Program-made: the position numbers and the translations under genes
NCBI GenBank assembly: GCA_965153285.1
Contig: OZ229115.1
Length of the DNA: 64,000 nt
Strand: one strand, 5' to 3'
From: Podarcis tiliguerta
Taxonomy: Eukaryota
Shown: one piece after another, positions 11,561 to 23,672 of the stretch
How the letters are laid out: every line of letters starts with the position of its first letter
How positions within the stretch are numbered: the first letter of the stretch is position 1
Notes under the pieces: model-generated
The model's input: only the letters and a program-made list of their open reading frames with translations
What the model was told of the DNA's origin: nothing
Databases searched by the model: none

Positions 11561-14311
11561 TACCTGGGAGTAAGTCCCAGTCACCTTAATAGAACTTAGG
11601 GCTCATCCAGACTTCCTTTCATGCTGCAGATTGACACTTTAAAGTGCCATGTCTGAGAGCTCCCCTGCTCCCTAGGGCTTTCCCCACAAAAACTTGCTCT
11701 TTACCACTGAATTGGGAGCAAAAGTGCAGAGAAGGTGGCAGGGCAAAAGAGAAAGTGCTCAGACATCATACTTAATTTTAGATACATCATGCAATTACAT
11801 CGTATAATTACAGCATACTGAATTTTAGATAAAATACTACTTGAAGTGAGGGGTATGACGACGCACTAGCATAGTATAACCAGAGAAACAGCTAAGTTTC
11901 TAAACTGGAAAACTTAGATGTTGAATGCCAGTTGTACCATCACACAAATAGAGTCATGACTTTATAGGAGAACCAGAAAGATACAAAGGTCAAGCTGTTC
12001 TGGCTTAAGTTTGGCCTGGAATGTTTTGTTCTGTTTTGAAACGGAGCAAACCATGAACATTCCAGTCCCCACAGAACAGTTTTATAATCTTATGAGCATC
12101 TGAAATGCTGGAGCTCTCATGGAAAATGGAACCCAATCTTTGCCATCAGCTCCGTAGGAACATAAACAAAAGGGAGTTTGACTCACAGTCCAAGTTGGGA
12201 TGGTAAATATTTGAGGAGAGGAACTCCTCTTCCATTCTTCCATCCTCTCATCCATGTTAAATAAATTACTTTAGCAAGTGGAATCACAGTTGCTCCAGTG
12301 CCTGCCAAACTGTTCCCTGCTCACACAGAGCCATTTCTCCTGGTAAGTCACAGATGGTTTGACAATTGCAGAAGTGGTGCTTTGACAAAATGAAGACACA
12401 GGTCTATAATTCTTCATTTCATTCAGGTTTCTAGAGAAATTAATGACCATATTTCCTCTGATGAATCAATGACAAACAGAATGAAGCTATTTTACAATAT
12501 GTATAACATATCAGAAAAGAAGGAGAGTTGGGATCATTCCAAAAAGGAAGCAACTTTCAGAATAGCACTGTCTTGAATTGCTTTGTTTAAAATAAAAATC
12601 CAGATCAAACATTTTATTTTCTGCAAAGCAATTCAGAACATTAGTGCCAGCTAATGGCATGTAGGAAGAAACACACATGTGATGATTACTGCATTGTGTT
12701 CTGAGTGTTCCTAAGCATCACAGGGGAAAACTTGTGATAGGGATATAGCCAGTGTATGCAAGAATGACAACTAATGCTACATTCTGTATACAAATACATC
12801 ATTTCCAAAGAATGCTGGTGTATATTGCTGCTTTCCCCTTTTAAATATGAAGCAGAGGTCCAATCCTTTATTGGCTGTGACTCCCATGTAGGGAAATCCA
12901 CTCATTTAGGTCACAGCCACACTTTCACAGTTATGGCTTCTCCCAATGAACCATGGGAACTGAAGCTTAACCCCCTCTAAACAGCAATTTCCAGCACCCA
13001 TAACAAACATCAGGCGCCTCCCCAAAATAATCCTGCAGAATCAGATTTCTATGTTCACTTGTGCTGAGTACAGAATCCCTGTCTTTTCCCATTATAATCC
13101 CACTTGACCCACCTAAAGATTTCTTCTCAGAATAGATTAGAAACAATCAGTATTTTTCCCTTTTCTTTTAAAATCTCATTTTTCTATTTTTTTCCTGCTG
13201 ACAGAAACAGTATTTTTTTTTTTTTCAAATGGGGATTTAGTCAACCTCGCAGACAGAAAGAGCACAAATTTCTTCTTTTAGCTTCTGGGTGTCAAATTTG
13301 TGTTGAAAATAGGAGGAATTTTGTTTGGATGTCTATCTGCTCCAGTGAGTGAAATAAACAGGAGGGTACAAACCTCCCCCCCAACAAAAAGTTATTATTA
13401 TTATTGCAAAGTTCAAAAACAAAATAAAGCACTTCTCTGGATTGTGCTCATATGTTTTCCTTCCCTAAAGTTAGAAATCTAGGAATCCTCGGAAAGATGA
13501 AATGATGCTTTGTCTTTTCCATCTTGGGCTAGATTGTAGGTGTTTTGATTTCCCTTGCTGAGTCTCCTAAACACTGAGGTTATTAAGCACGTTTTCTCCC
13601 TTGCAGCAGTGATGTGTAAAATCTCACTGTACATAAAGCCGTAACTTCCAGACATGATAGAAGGAGAAAGGATGATTTCTGCGGTTATGTTAACAGAATG
13701 CAGATCTATACATTACAGGAGGTTTCCTTGTGCAGAAAGTATCCCGCACCCCCCATTACAAACCTATGCGAGAAACGGATGGGAACTGGTGTACAGAATT
13801 CCTTGGTGGGGATATAATTTATTAGCAGAGGCTGATGCCCCTAACTTGTTCCAGATTGAAGCTTGTATATTTTCATGTTGGCTCTTTCCGCCATCGGCAG
13901 ATGATCAGCCATTTCGCTCCCACAGGCCCAAGGTGTGCGCAGCAGGAAAGAGCATTGCTGCACCTGGGAAGGTCATGTCCTTAGCTATGAAACTGCTGAT
14001 CTGGGGTATCCAGAAGTATTAATCAGGCTGTAAATGACTTCTTCCCCAGTACCCCTCCACAGCTGTTCTTTGGCCCCCTCCCAAAGGTGGCTATTTCATT
14101 AGCTCCCAGATTAGAAAGTTTATGGCAGTGACAAGCCCTTCTTCTGCTTCCACATGCCTGTTTCTTAACCAAATCTCTTACACACTTACACACACACAAA
14201 GCAGAAGGGCCAAATCAGATGCTACATTTAATGCATGGTAAGTAGTCAACGTCTGGATTTAAAATATATATATATAATAGTAAGGGTTGGGGGAAGAGAA
14301 CACAACATGAG

Positions 14312-14562
14312 CCTGCCCATCTAGTCTAGGAATGTGCTCTTACAATAGCTGATGAAATACCTGTGGGAAGCCTGCAATCTGGACATGAGCACACACATGG
14401 ACTCTGCCTACCTGTGATTCCCAGAAACTGGTATTCAAAGGCGTGATGCCTCTGAAGGTGGAGGTAGAACATCACCATCACAACTAGCAGCTGTTGATAG
14501 GCTTGTCCTCTGTGAATTTGTCAAATACTCTTTTAAAGCCATCCAGGTTGGTGGCCATCACT
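14312..14562 (-). mobile_element. CR1 LINE 3' fragment
   Basis: Homologous to 61325-61586. Confidence 0.65.
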
Positions 14563-15811
14563 TACTCCTGTCTTGTAGTATTCTTTTTAAAATGGTGGGT
14601 ATTTTTTTATCTCTTAAGTTTTATCATTTTATCCTCACAATGCTAGTTGAGGTGGATTAAGCACTGCACCCAATGAACTTCGTGGCTGGGTGGGAATTTA
14701 TCTCCAAGTGTAGCCAAACCAAGGCCAAAACTCTACTAGCTCACAGAGTTCCCCCAAGGAATGGTAATATTTAGATATTTCTATGGGCCCCCGGGAAGCA
14801 TGTGCCTCACGTTTGTAGTGTTGTCAGTACAGGTGAATATCATTCACGAGGTACATGATTTAACACTTCATTATTATTTTTCTCTTGTTCCTGCACTAAT
14901 AGAAGTAGCCTGAATAATTTTTGTTTTCTCCAAGCAGCTTGAAAAGTCCTACACAATAAGCCTCTCAGGAGCTTTTGGGAAATAAACTGCATATTTTAAT
15001 TTTTCTAATCATCACTCCTATTTTCCTCATTTGTTTTTCATAAGGCATGTAGTAGTCTTACCATTAAACACTTGCTACAGTTTGGCTTAGTATTAGTTTC
15101 CTGATGATGTTTCTATAGCCTAACCACAAAGCATGTGTATTTCCAGAGCTGGAGTAGCTGTTTCAATCATATATCTCATAAGTATGGTAATAATTCTAAG
15201 ACAGCTGGTAATCACAAGCAAAACTTCCTAATCAACACCAAACAATATACAGTTAACAAATTTACACACATAAGTTTCCATCTGAGAAGATGGGCAAACC
15301 TATAAGCTATTGGTTAAAGCAAGCCCTAAATAACCTACAGGTGTGATTTCCTAAAAATATATTGTGATCCTACTCACATGCATTGGTGCTAAAACTGTAT
15401 GCTTCATTTTATCTGATGTTTTTGCTGGTGTGCTCATTTTTGTGGTTATTAGAGTTCATTGTTATAATCATGGTATGGTATTCTATGGGGTGGGGGAAAC
15501 TTGCTTGTGAAATAAATGTGTCCCATATGGAAATGGGCAGTTACCAGAAGTAATCTCATTCCTTTAATTTGTTCTGTACTGTATCTTGTGAAGACAGCTT
15601 TACACTGAAAATTGCTTAAAAATTTCTAAAACCATGCCTTTATGAACTTGCTACGTAGACTAAGGAGATTTCCTTTATGAGACACAGCCCAGGCTGAAAC
15701 ACTGATCAAGCAACTATCTCCTGCTTGTCTAAACAGTACATTGTGTTATGAGAAATGGGCTTCTGAAAGAAAGAACGAAAGAATAAATGGATAGTAAAAA
15801 GGGGCACGTAC

Positions 15812-16027
15812 AGTACCACAAGGCTGGTGAGGTTCTGGAAGGCGTAGTTAGGAATGTGCCAGATTTGGTTGAGGGCCAGTGTCATGGCCTGTAGAGCCGG
15901 CAGGTTGTTGAGTGCTTTGACAGGGATCTCTGTCAGAGCATTATCATCCAGCCAAAGGTGGCGTAAGGAGGGCAGCCTCTCAAAGCTCTTCTCAGGTACC
16001 ACAGAGATCAAATTGGCATCCAGACGC
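15812..16027 (-). CDS. LGR6: LGR6 exon 5 (three LRRs, RLDANLIS...LTSLVVL)
   Basis: tttatttcctttAG acceptor, 216 bp, CT|GTACGT donor; contained in ORF 15706..16053. Confidence 0.97.
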
Positions 16028-16732
16028 CTAAAGGAAATAAACAGACAAGTCAATCAAACACAACATGTGTGCACATAGCACAGTGCAGAAAGTGTCCTGT
16101 TGATTATCATTAAATGGTCAAAGACTTGAGCAAGTTACTGCAGCACCAGTGGCCTGCATAGAGGGTCAGGAGGCACGAGTGACATATGCAAATGACTACA
16201 CATTCTTGCTTCCTTTGATGGAATATCCGTGCTTCCTGCTGATTTGACCTGATAGCAAATGGAAAGAGAGGGTGTGAGGTTTATACCTCTAGAATGATAT
16301 AGCATGAAAGTTCCTTTGATAATACTGTTTGGTCTCCTGTGTAGGTGGTGGATCTCAACCAAATCACATCGTACAGCTGCCGCCATCCCACACAGTGGCT
16401 CCCGTTTATGTAACACAGATATTCTAGGGCAATTCTGCATCAGTCCTCCAAACTCAAATCAAATAAAAGAAAAAGCACCTTGGCAAAAGCGACATTAGCC
16501 CCTTCAGGTGAAAAAATGCAGAATTCATCTCTCCTTATTACATTATTCAAACATCTGACTAGTTGATCTTCTTTGTTTGCAAAGTCTCTGGGGCTTTGTT
16601 CAGAATTACAGTATACTGGTGCTGTGCAGTCAATTTATAGGAAGCACAGTTATGCTCTTCTGAATTCTTCTGCTGTTGCTGTTGATGTACATTGTCATAC
16701 TGTTATTAAAATAAATAACCTTTCCCCTCTAC

Positions 16733-17163
16733 TAGGGGTGAGTTGATGAAACTGTCAATTTTGGTTTCTCTCAGTTTCCCATGTTTCCAATCTTAAATTT
16801 ACTTCTCCGCATTTCCACGCCAGTTTGTGATTTTTTTAAAATTAAAAACGTCCCCAAGAAATTTCATCAGCATCATAGTGCAAATATCTCCTAATATACA
16901 CATTTCTGTATGCAAGATTGCCTAATAAACACATTTTTGCAATGCCATTTTCTGTTTGCATGCTATATTCACTAACAAATGCATTTTTATGCAAACTTTA
17001 TCCTAGTATATGCATTTTGTACGCATTATTGGCTGGAGAGCTGCAGTGCAAAATTTTGTGTAAATTTTGAAGAATGGGGTTATGTTTTGGTTCCTGTATA
17101 GTTTTGGGATGTAATTAGGTAGGTTCACCTTTAAATGTGAACTGAAATTCTCCCCCAGCCCTA
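16733..17163. mobile_element. hAT-type MITE with AT-rich internal repeats
   Basis: TAGGG...CCCTA ends; 8-bp TSD CCCTCTAC / CCCTTTAC; related fragment at ~61730-61810. Confidence 0.75.
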
Positions 17164-17361
17164 CCCTTTACACAACAGATTGAAGGCTAGCTTGAACTGC
17201 CATGATGTCTTCAGAATCCTCTTCCCCAAACCAAGTAATAAATAAAATATCTGAACATCATTTCCTGTGGAATGGCAGGTTGTGGTTTGGTTCATTTTTG
17301 TTTGTTTGTTTATAATACAAAACAAAATAAAAAATGCAGGTTTGGTATAGGAACTGCAGTA

Positions 17362-17729
17362 AAGGTAAAGGTAAAGGTACCCCTGCCCGTACGGGCCAGT
17401 CGTGTCCGACTCTAGGGTTGTGCGCTCATCTCACTTAAGAGGCCGGGAGCCAGAGCTGTCCGAAGACACTTCCGGGTCACGTGGCCAGCGTGACGAAGCT
17501 GCTCTGGCGAGCCGGCACCAGTGCAGCACACGGAAACACTGTTTACCTTCCCGCTATAAAGCGGTACCTATTTATCTACTTGCACTTAGGGGTGCTTTTG
17601 AACTGCTAGGTGGGCAGGAGCTGGGACCGAAAGACGGGAGCTCACCCCGCCGTGGGGATTCGAACCGCCGACCATGCGATCGGCAAGCCCTAGGTGCTGA
17701 GGTTTTACCCACAGCGCCACCCGCGTCCC
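17362..17729 (-). mobile_element. Full-length Sauria SINE (distinct subfamily)
   Basis: Starts GGGACGCGGGTGGCGCTGTGGG; (CCTTTA)n tail; 14-bp TSD TAGGAACTGCAGTA (17348-17361 / 17730-17743). Confidence 0.95.
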
Positions 17730-20154
17730 TAGGAACTGCAGTAGTATAAGTCAAATGTGACACCGATGAGTAGTAGTTGGGGTTTTTTAATCAGAATTCT
17801 TTAGTTCCATAAAAGCTGAAGAGCTCAAAAAGAAGGATTTAAGCCCAGTTAAAGACCTGGGTTTGATATCTGTTTCTGCTACTGTGTCATCTGAATGAGT
17901 CAGCAAATGGAGGAGAAGAGGAAATCCTTCATTCACCTAATACAAGCTGAATTTCTTAATCTTTTGTTTGTATGGTAAATTCTGAAATGTAGATACTGTT
18001 TCATCTAACATGAATGTTTCAGTTGTCCTAGAAATAATCTGCAAAACCTCCTAAGTGCAATACTAATGCAAGTGAAAATTAAACATTTTCTTGGCGCTTA
18101 GGGGGAATGTGTCTTGTGTTCTATTGTAGTATCTTTTGGCCACTTCAATCAGCCTTTAGAGAATCTTAGTTTTCTGGCTCAAGCCGCAACTGCAGCTAGG
18201 GGAAGAATGGGCTCTCCAAAACATTGCTTGTAGACGCTGGTTTTACTACTTTGTGACCTACTATTTTCCTATATGTGTTTGGGTTGGAAATGAGGTCTGC
18301 CCCACCCCTGCTTCCATTAAAGTGTAGTGAAGACAAGGTGGAACAAGTTGCTTTGGAAAGCTGTTCCATAGAGATAGGTGTTCAGTAACAACTTGCAATG
18401 GGACTAATAGCTCCAGCACAAAAGGAATTGAATAAAACTCTTAGTAAAGAAAATAAACTTTACAGACTGCCAATGGAATAATATCATATCCTCACCATGC
18501 CAACTTGTTATAAAGTACTCCATAGGTTTTGCTTTCTCGTGCCTTGCATGCATCTCAGTTTTGGAATTATTTGTGGGGGGCATCTGTTTCTTGGGAAAAC
18601 ACCTGTTGAAAGTCTTGTGACTCTACTCAAACTAGTAGTCGGCCCATGACAATGGCTAGGTTTAGCAGGGGGTGATAACCCAGTGTTTCCCTTCCCTCAC
18701 TTGTATCATTTGGAGGTCCGAGTACTTGGAAAACCACCAAGTACAACGGAGTCATGTTAACTACATCTTGTAAATCCAAAGAATTATGCAATTTCCAGTA
18801 CTCAACAAATGAAGGGTCTACATATGGTTTTATAAGATAACCTTGATGAAGCCCCTAATATCTACTTTATATTTTCAGAGAAAGCTGCATCAGGTAAGTC
18901 TTTAAATATAAAGACTCAAATACTACAGAGTGTATGGTTATAAAAGCCAGTTTATTATTTAACGGCAGGGTTTTTCTGAGATAGATGAGTCCCCCTGAAC
19001 CCAGTAATAATACAGGTCATGCTGCCCTTTTATTCTTCAAAACTTCTATTTTAGTTTGTGACTTGGATACGGACAATGAATGGAGAACCAGGGAAGCAGA
19101 TTGCTTCAGATATTTGGGTGTAGGAAGGGGTTGTGCAACGGGGTCGGCCAGAGACCTGGAAAAGAAGCAATTTGTATTGGACTAAAGGAAGAAGAGAAAA
19201 GAAGTTCTAAGTTTCAGGGGTTGGCTGCAGAGACAGGCTTTCTGTTTAGAGATGGTGCTGTTGCTTAGGAACTGATGCCATTTTGGAACCTGCACCACCT
19301 ACATGGTCCTACTGGCTTGCTGCCTCCCCGATCTGCGCATTTGTAAATAAACAGTTATTGCAAAATGCACCAGAATTCTCCATTGCTCTGTTATTCAAAA
19401 GAAAAACCGATCCTGCAAAGCTGCCCTGGAACCTTCACCACAAAGGGAAAGTGGGAGTGAAAACAATAACACCGACAGACATAAATAAACTGAAAACTGG
19501 CTTCCAGAAGTAGTTTGGTATCCTGGCTTGCTTGCTTTCTGAAATAAAGTTGGATTGCCATAAAAACATGTAGCAGAGTTCAAGCTCACTAACTGCTATT
19601 GCTCCCAAATGTAGTTCTTCTTGAGGAAGAGATGGAGCGAATATAAAACTCAGCTCCCTTGGCACCAAGAAGCTGCTAATTATATCAATTAAGCAAAACA
19701 AAAAAGCAACCACATGGCTCTCCTCTTTCTGCACTGTGTGATTATGGCTTCTTAAGCACTTTCTATTATGGTTTATACCTGGGATAATTGGGCAGATTAG
19801 GAGACAGGGTAGGCCAGTGCCAACTTGCTCCATTTCCACATAGACGTTGACATTTTTTTTCCTGCTGTGCTTCTCAGATCATGCTGCAGTTTCCATCACA
19901 AGCATCAATCCTACATTGGGGTGTTCGTGTCACATGGAGGAACTCAGACGAGGCTCTGAGATTTTTTCAAGTGTAATGCTAAACTGTAGCACCCAGTGAA
20001 GGGCCAAACCAATCTGCCAGACTATTCCCACCAATATTTTAACCCCATCGTCTTCAGTATAAGAATGTGTCCCAAGGTATTTATTTATTTATTGAATTTA
20101 TATACCACCCTATACCCGCAGGTTCACAGAATAAAGGTACCGTGATTGTGCACA

Positions 20155-20410
20155 GAGAGCCAGTGTGGTGTAGTGGTTAAGAGCGATAGTCTCACAATCT
20201 GGGGAACCGGGTTCGTGTCTCCGCTCCTCCACATACAGCTGCTGGGTGACCTTGGGCCAGTCACACTTCTTTGAAGTCTCTCAGCCCCACTCACCTCACA
20301 GAGTGTTTGTTGTGGGGGAGGAAGGGAAAGGAGAATGTTAGCCGCTTTGAGACTCCTGAAGGGGAGTGAAAGGCGGGATATCAAATCCAAACTACTACTA
20401 CTACTACTAC
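20155..20410 (+). mobile_element. tRNA-derived SINE, Squam3-like, (CTA)n tail
   Basis: A-box TGGTGTAGTGG, B-box-like GGTTCG; about 96% identical by hand count to the reverse copy at 41003-41258. Confidence 0.85.
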
Positions 20411-20492
20411 ATGCACTCTCACACATCACATCTTACATGTGAGGGCTCATCATTGAGCCCACCTAGTGACAGTGAAGGCAGGAAAACCAGGT

Positions 20493-20564
20493 GTCCCCTT
20501 TGGGGATCAAGCCTGCAACCATGGCATTATCAGCACCCCACTCTAACCACCTGAACTATCCAGT
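20493..20564 (-). pseudogene. tRNA-Ile-derived degenerate sequence (SINE head)
   Basis: Reverse complement GATAGTTCAGGTGGTTAGAGTGGGGTGCTGATAATGCCATGGTTGCAGGCTTGATCCCC resembles vertebrate tRNA-Ile. Confidence 0.6.
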
Positions 20565-20589
20565 CGGGAAAATAAAGAGCCTTAGAATA

Positions 20590-20833
20590 CAGTGGTACCT
20601 CGAGTTACAAACGCCTCAGGTTACAAACACTTCAGGTTACAAACTCTGCTAACCTGGAAGAGTTACCTCGAGTTGAGAACTTTGCCCCAGGATGAGAACG
20701 GAAATCGTGTGCCGGCGGCGCAGGAGCAGCAGCAAGAGGCCCCATTTGCAAAAGCACGCCTCTAGTTAAGAACAGTTTCAGGTTAAGAACAGACCTCCGG
20801 AATGAATTTAGTTCATAACTAGAGGTACCACTG
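20590..20833. mobile_element. Tc1/mariner MITE, complete
   Basis: TIR CAGTGGTACCTC / GAGGTACCACTG; TA TSD on both sides. Confidence 0.9.
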
Positions 20834-20835
20834 TA

Positions 20836-20944
20836 ATAGAATTGTAGATTTGTTGCAAGGTAGGAATGTTTTGCCCAACGTAGGGCTCCAACCCATGACC
20901 CTGAGATAAAGAGTCTCATGCTCTACCAACTGAACTATCTGTCT
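20836..20944 (-). pseudogene. tRNA-Lys(CTT)-derived SINE/pseudogene with remnant CR1-type tail
   Basis: Reverse complement GATAGTTCAGTTGGTAGAGCATGAGACTCTTTATCTCAGGGTCATGGGTTGGAGCCCTACGTTGGGC is close to tRNA-Lys(CTT) but has T-loop, anticodon-loop and acceptor mismatches; continues into ...CTACAATTCTA. Confidence 0.75.
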
Positions 20945-22271
20945 GACAACATATGGAGGGTCGCAGATAAAATCGCTTGCATTTGTTGGGACCTTCATTT
21001 GTTCTCAGAAGGTGCCATATGACCAACCGTATAACCTGGACATGTGAAAAAATTATTTCCCAGTCCACCCCCCCCCCCAATCTCAGCACTCATATCTATA
21101 GGTAGGATTGCAAACCCCTTTTTTTCTGGCAGGTAACTCACTTTTCCACATTAGCGTATCAACCATGTCAGGAAAGGATTTATCAGTTACATGCTTTGCC
21201 TGCCATGCAACTATTAAAATCACATAAATACTGACAGGAAGAAAATTGGAAATTCTAGCCATGCCATAGGTTTACTCCATTTCACCATTATTGAATTAAA
21301 TATATTGTGTGTCTGGTTTTTAAGTCTTGAACCATAGTGAAGATTAATTTTCATGGCGTTTCTCATCTGTCTTGTGGCTAGACTACAGAACTACAAGAGA
21401 ATACAAGTTTCTCATATAATCTTTTGCACTTCCCCTCCCCCCTGAAAAAAATTATGTAGTACAGTACAGAAAAAAAAATCTCTTTCGGGCTCTTCTACCA
21501 TCCTATGTGTGGCTTAAAATGCAATAGGATCTTGAGTAAAAAAAACAATAACAACAGAACCTGCGTGCCTATACAGAAGTATACAAACAATATTATAAAG
21601 TCCCCAATGTGCTTTTTATTGACCTTGATTAGGAAGATTCATGACCCTGAACCCTCTCACTTAAGTACATGACTTGTTACATTTCCCTTAGTGAAAAGCC
21701 AAAGAACAGGGAAGATGGGTGATTGGTCCCAGATGTTCTATACAGTAGATATGTCTGTGCAGTTGGGCTGATAGGTCCCATATGTTAAATACAGTAGATG
21801 TGTCAGTACAGCAGGGAGACTGACAACAGTTCCCATATGCTGATTTCTCTAGGAAAGTCTGCATACTTATTTCTATAATAGACTTCAACGAACAGTCTTT
21901 TACAATAGGCTAACAGAGACACATAGAGTCCTGCTTCACTAGATATTCTTTTGCTCTGATGTCTCATTACTCTGAACCTGTTTATACACTCAGTTAAATT
22001 GGAAAATTGAATCTATCATAGCATCCCCCACTCATGGCCATTTTTTGTGGTAGACACAGTTTATTTTAAGAGAGTATTCCAGGCATATTGTTCAGGGGAG
22101 AATGAATAGGAGATGCCTCCCTCTCCCCCAGAAAGGTGCTATATCTCTGCTGTTCCTGAAAATATGAGCCTTAATTAACTGGGCAGATTCTTCTTTATTG
22201 TGAACATACTTCAAGATTGTGTTTTATGTCCTTTTCAAGAAAAAAAGATTCCTAAATATGAAGCACTCATA

Positions 22272-22531
22272 CAGTCATACCTCGAGTTGAATGTGCTTTG
22301 GGTTGAGCGCGTTCGAGTTGCGCTCCGTGGCAACCCAAAAGTAATGGAGCGCGTTACTTCCGGATTTCGCCGCTCGCACATGCGCAGTCGCTCAAAATGA
22401 CATCACATGCATGTGCGGAAGTGGCAAAATGTGACCCGCGCACGCGCAGACGTGCCGCCGCATCTTGTGTTCCATTCAGGATACGAACGGGGCTCCGGAA
22501 CGGATCTCGTTCGTATCCCGAGGTACCACTG
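22272..22531. mobile_element. Tc1/mariner MITE, second family (CpG-rich, internally palindromic)
   Basis: CAGTCATACCTCG / CGAGGTACCACTG ends; TA TSD. Confidence 0.85.
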
Positions 22532-22795
22532 TACTTCATAGCTTCAGCTAATAATGCTATGAAAGCTGACTGGCCAATTGTGCTTTGTCTTTGTCAGGCA
22601 AATGGCTTGCCAATGGCCTAGAATGACTGATAGATGTCTTCTCAATGGGAGCTAATTGAAATGGCTGGAGAACCTTCTTGAGGGTTTCAAATGGAAGAGG
22701 TCACTAGAACCTGGAAGCGGAGAGTGCAACCTATAGGCATGTGAAGAAACTGCAGTTCAGAGATACACCTTGTGGTGCAGGATGCCTTTCTAGGG

Positions 22796-23153
22796 CAGGG
22801 TGGTCCAACGCAACCCTTGACAACACTTGATGCCCCATCTAGCCCTCACACTGTTTTCCCAAAGCCAGGTAAGTGAGGCGATTGGCTTTGGGAAGGAGGC
22901 AAGAGGGCTCTGACAGGGTCCTAGAGTCCTCCCTCCTCCTTACCAAAGCCTAAGTAGTACTTTCCCAGCTTTGGGAAGGAGGTAGGAGGGCTCTAGGATC
23001 CTGCCAGAGCCCTCGTGCCTCCTTCCCAAAGCCCAGTGTCCCATTTGGCCTCACTTCTTCCTAGCCCATGCACAGCAAGGCAGTGTGTGGCCTATGGGTT
23101 CTGTATCAAAGCACTCTTGCGGCCCACTTGGTATGAAAAGGTGGACCACCCTG
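22796..23153. mobile_element. hAT-Charlie-like MITE with long internal inverted repeat
   Basis: Perfect 12-bp TIR CAGGGTGGTCCA; TSD TTCTAGGG / CTCTAAGG. Confidence 0.85.
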
Positions 23154-23474
23154 CTCTAAGGATATGAAATGGATCTGCTACATGCTAACTAACTCACATT
23201 CTAGTCTGTCCTGTAGCTCCACAAACTAAACATTACAAAAAGTCTCCAGCCATCACTCCATCAAAAGGAAGCTAAATTCAAGGAGTACTGCCCCTGGAAT
23301 TTCTCACCCCTAGGGCAAGTTCAAAGTTTGTAACAATACTTTCTTCTCACACAAGGCACAAAACTACACAATGGAAACCATGGGGCGCAGCTTCTAAGGC
23401 ATAAAGCAGTTTCCAGTCAGGTTTCATCATTTTATTTAGCAATTGGCTACTATATCCTTTAGAATATAGAACAC

Positions 23475-23672
23475 AAAAACATAGGAATGTAGAAAGCTAC
23501 CTTATATAGAGTGAGACTCTTGGGTACACCCAGCTCAGTATTGTTTACACTGACTGCCAGTGGCTCTCTAGGGTTTCAGTCAAGAATCTCTCTCATCCCT
23601 GTTTGGATGGGGGTTGAACCCAAGACTTTCTGCAAGCAAAGCAGATGCTCTACCACTCAGCTATGGCTGTTC
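23475..23672 (-). mobile_element. Old tRNA-head / CR1-tail SINE-like repeat
   Basis: Homologous to 30410-30565, 30745-30935 and ~33170-33332 (TGGTAGAGCATCTGCTTTGC head). Confidence 0.65.

Noticed and set aside
15706-16053. The full 115-aa ORF as a stand-alone gene
   Set aside because: Only 15812-16027 is LRR-coding; the flanks are read-through into intron beyond canonical splice sites.
20872-20944. Functional tRNA-Lys gene
   Set aside because: The T-loop reads GGTTGGA instead of GGTTCGA, the acceptor stem and anticodon loop are altered, and it continues into a SINE-type tail.
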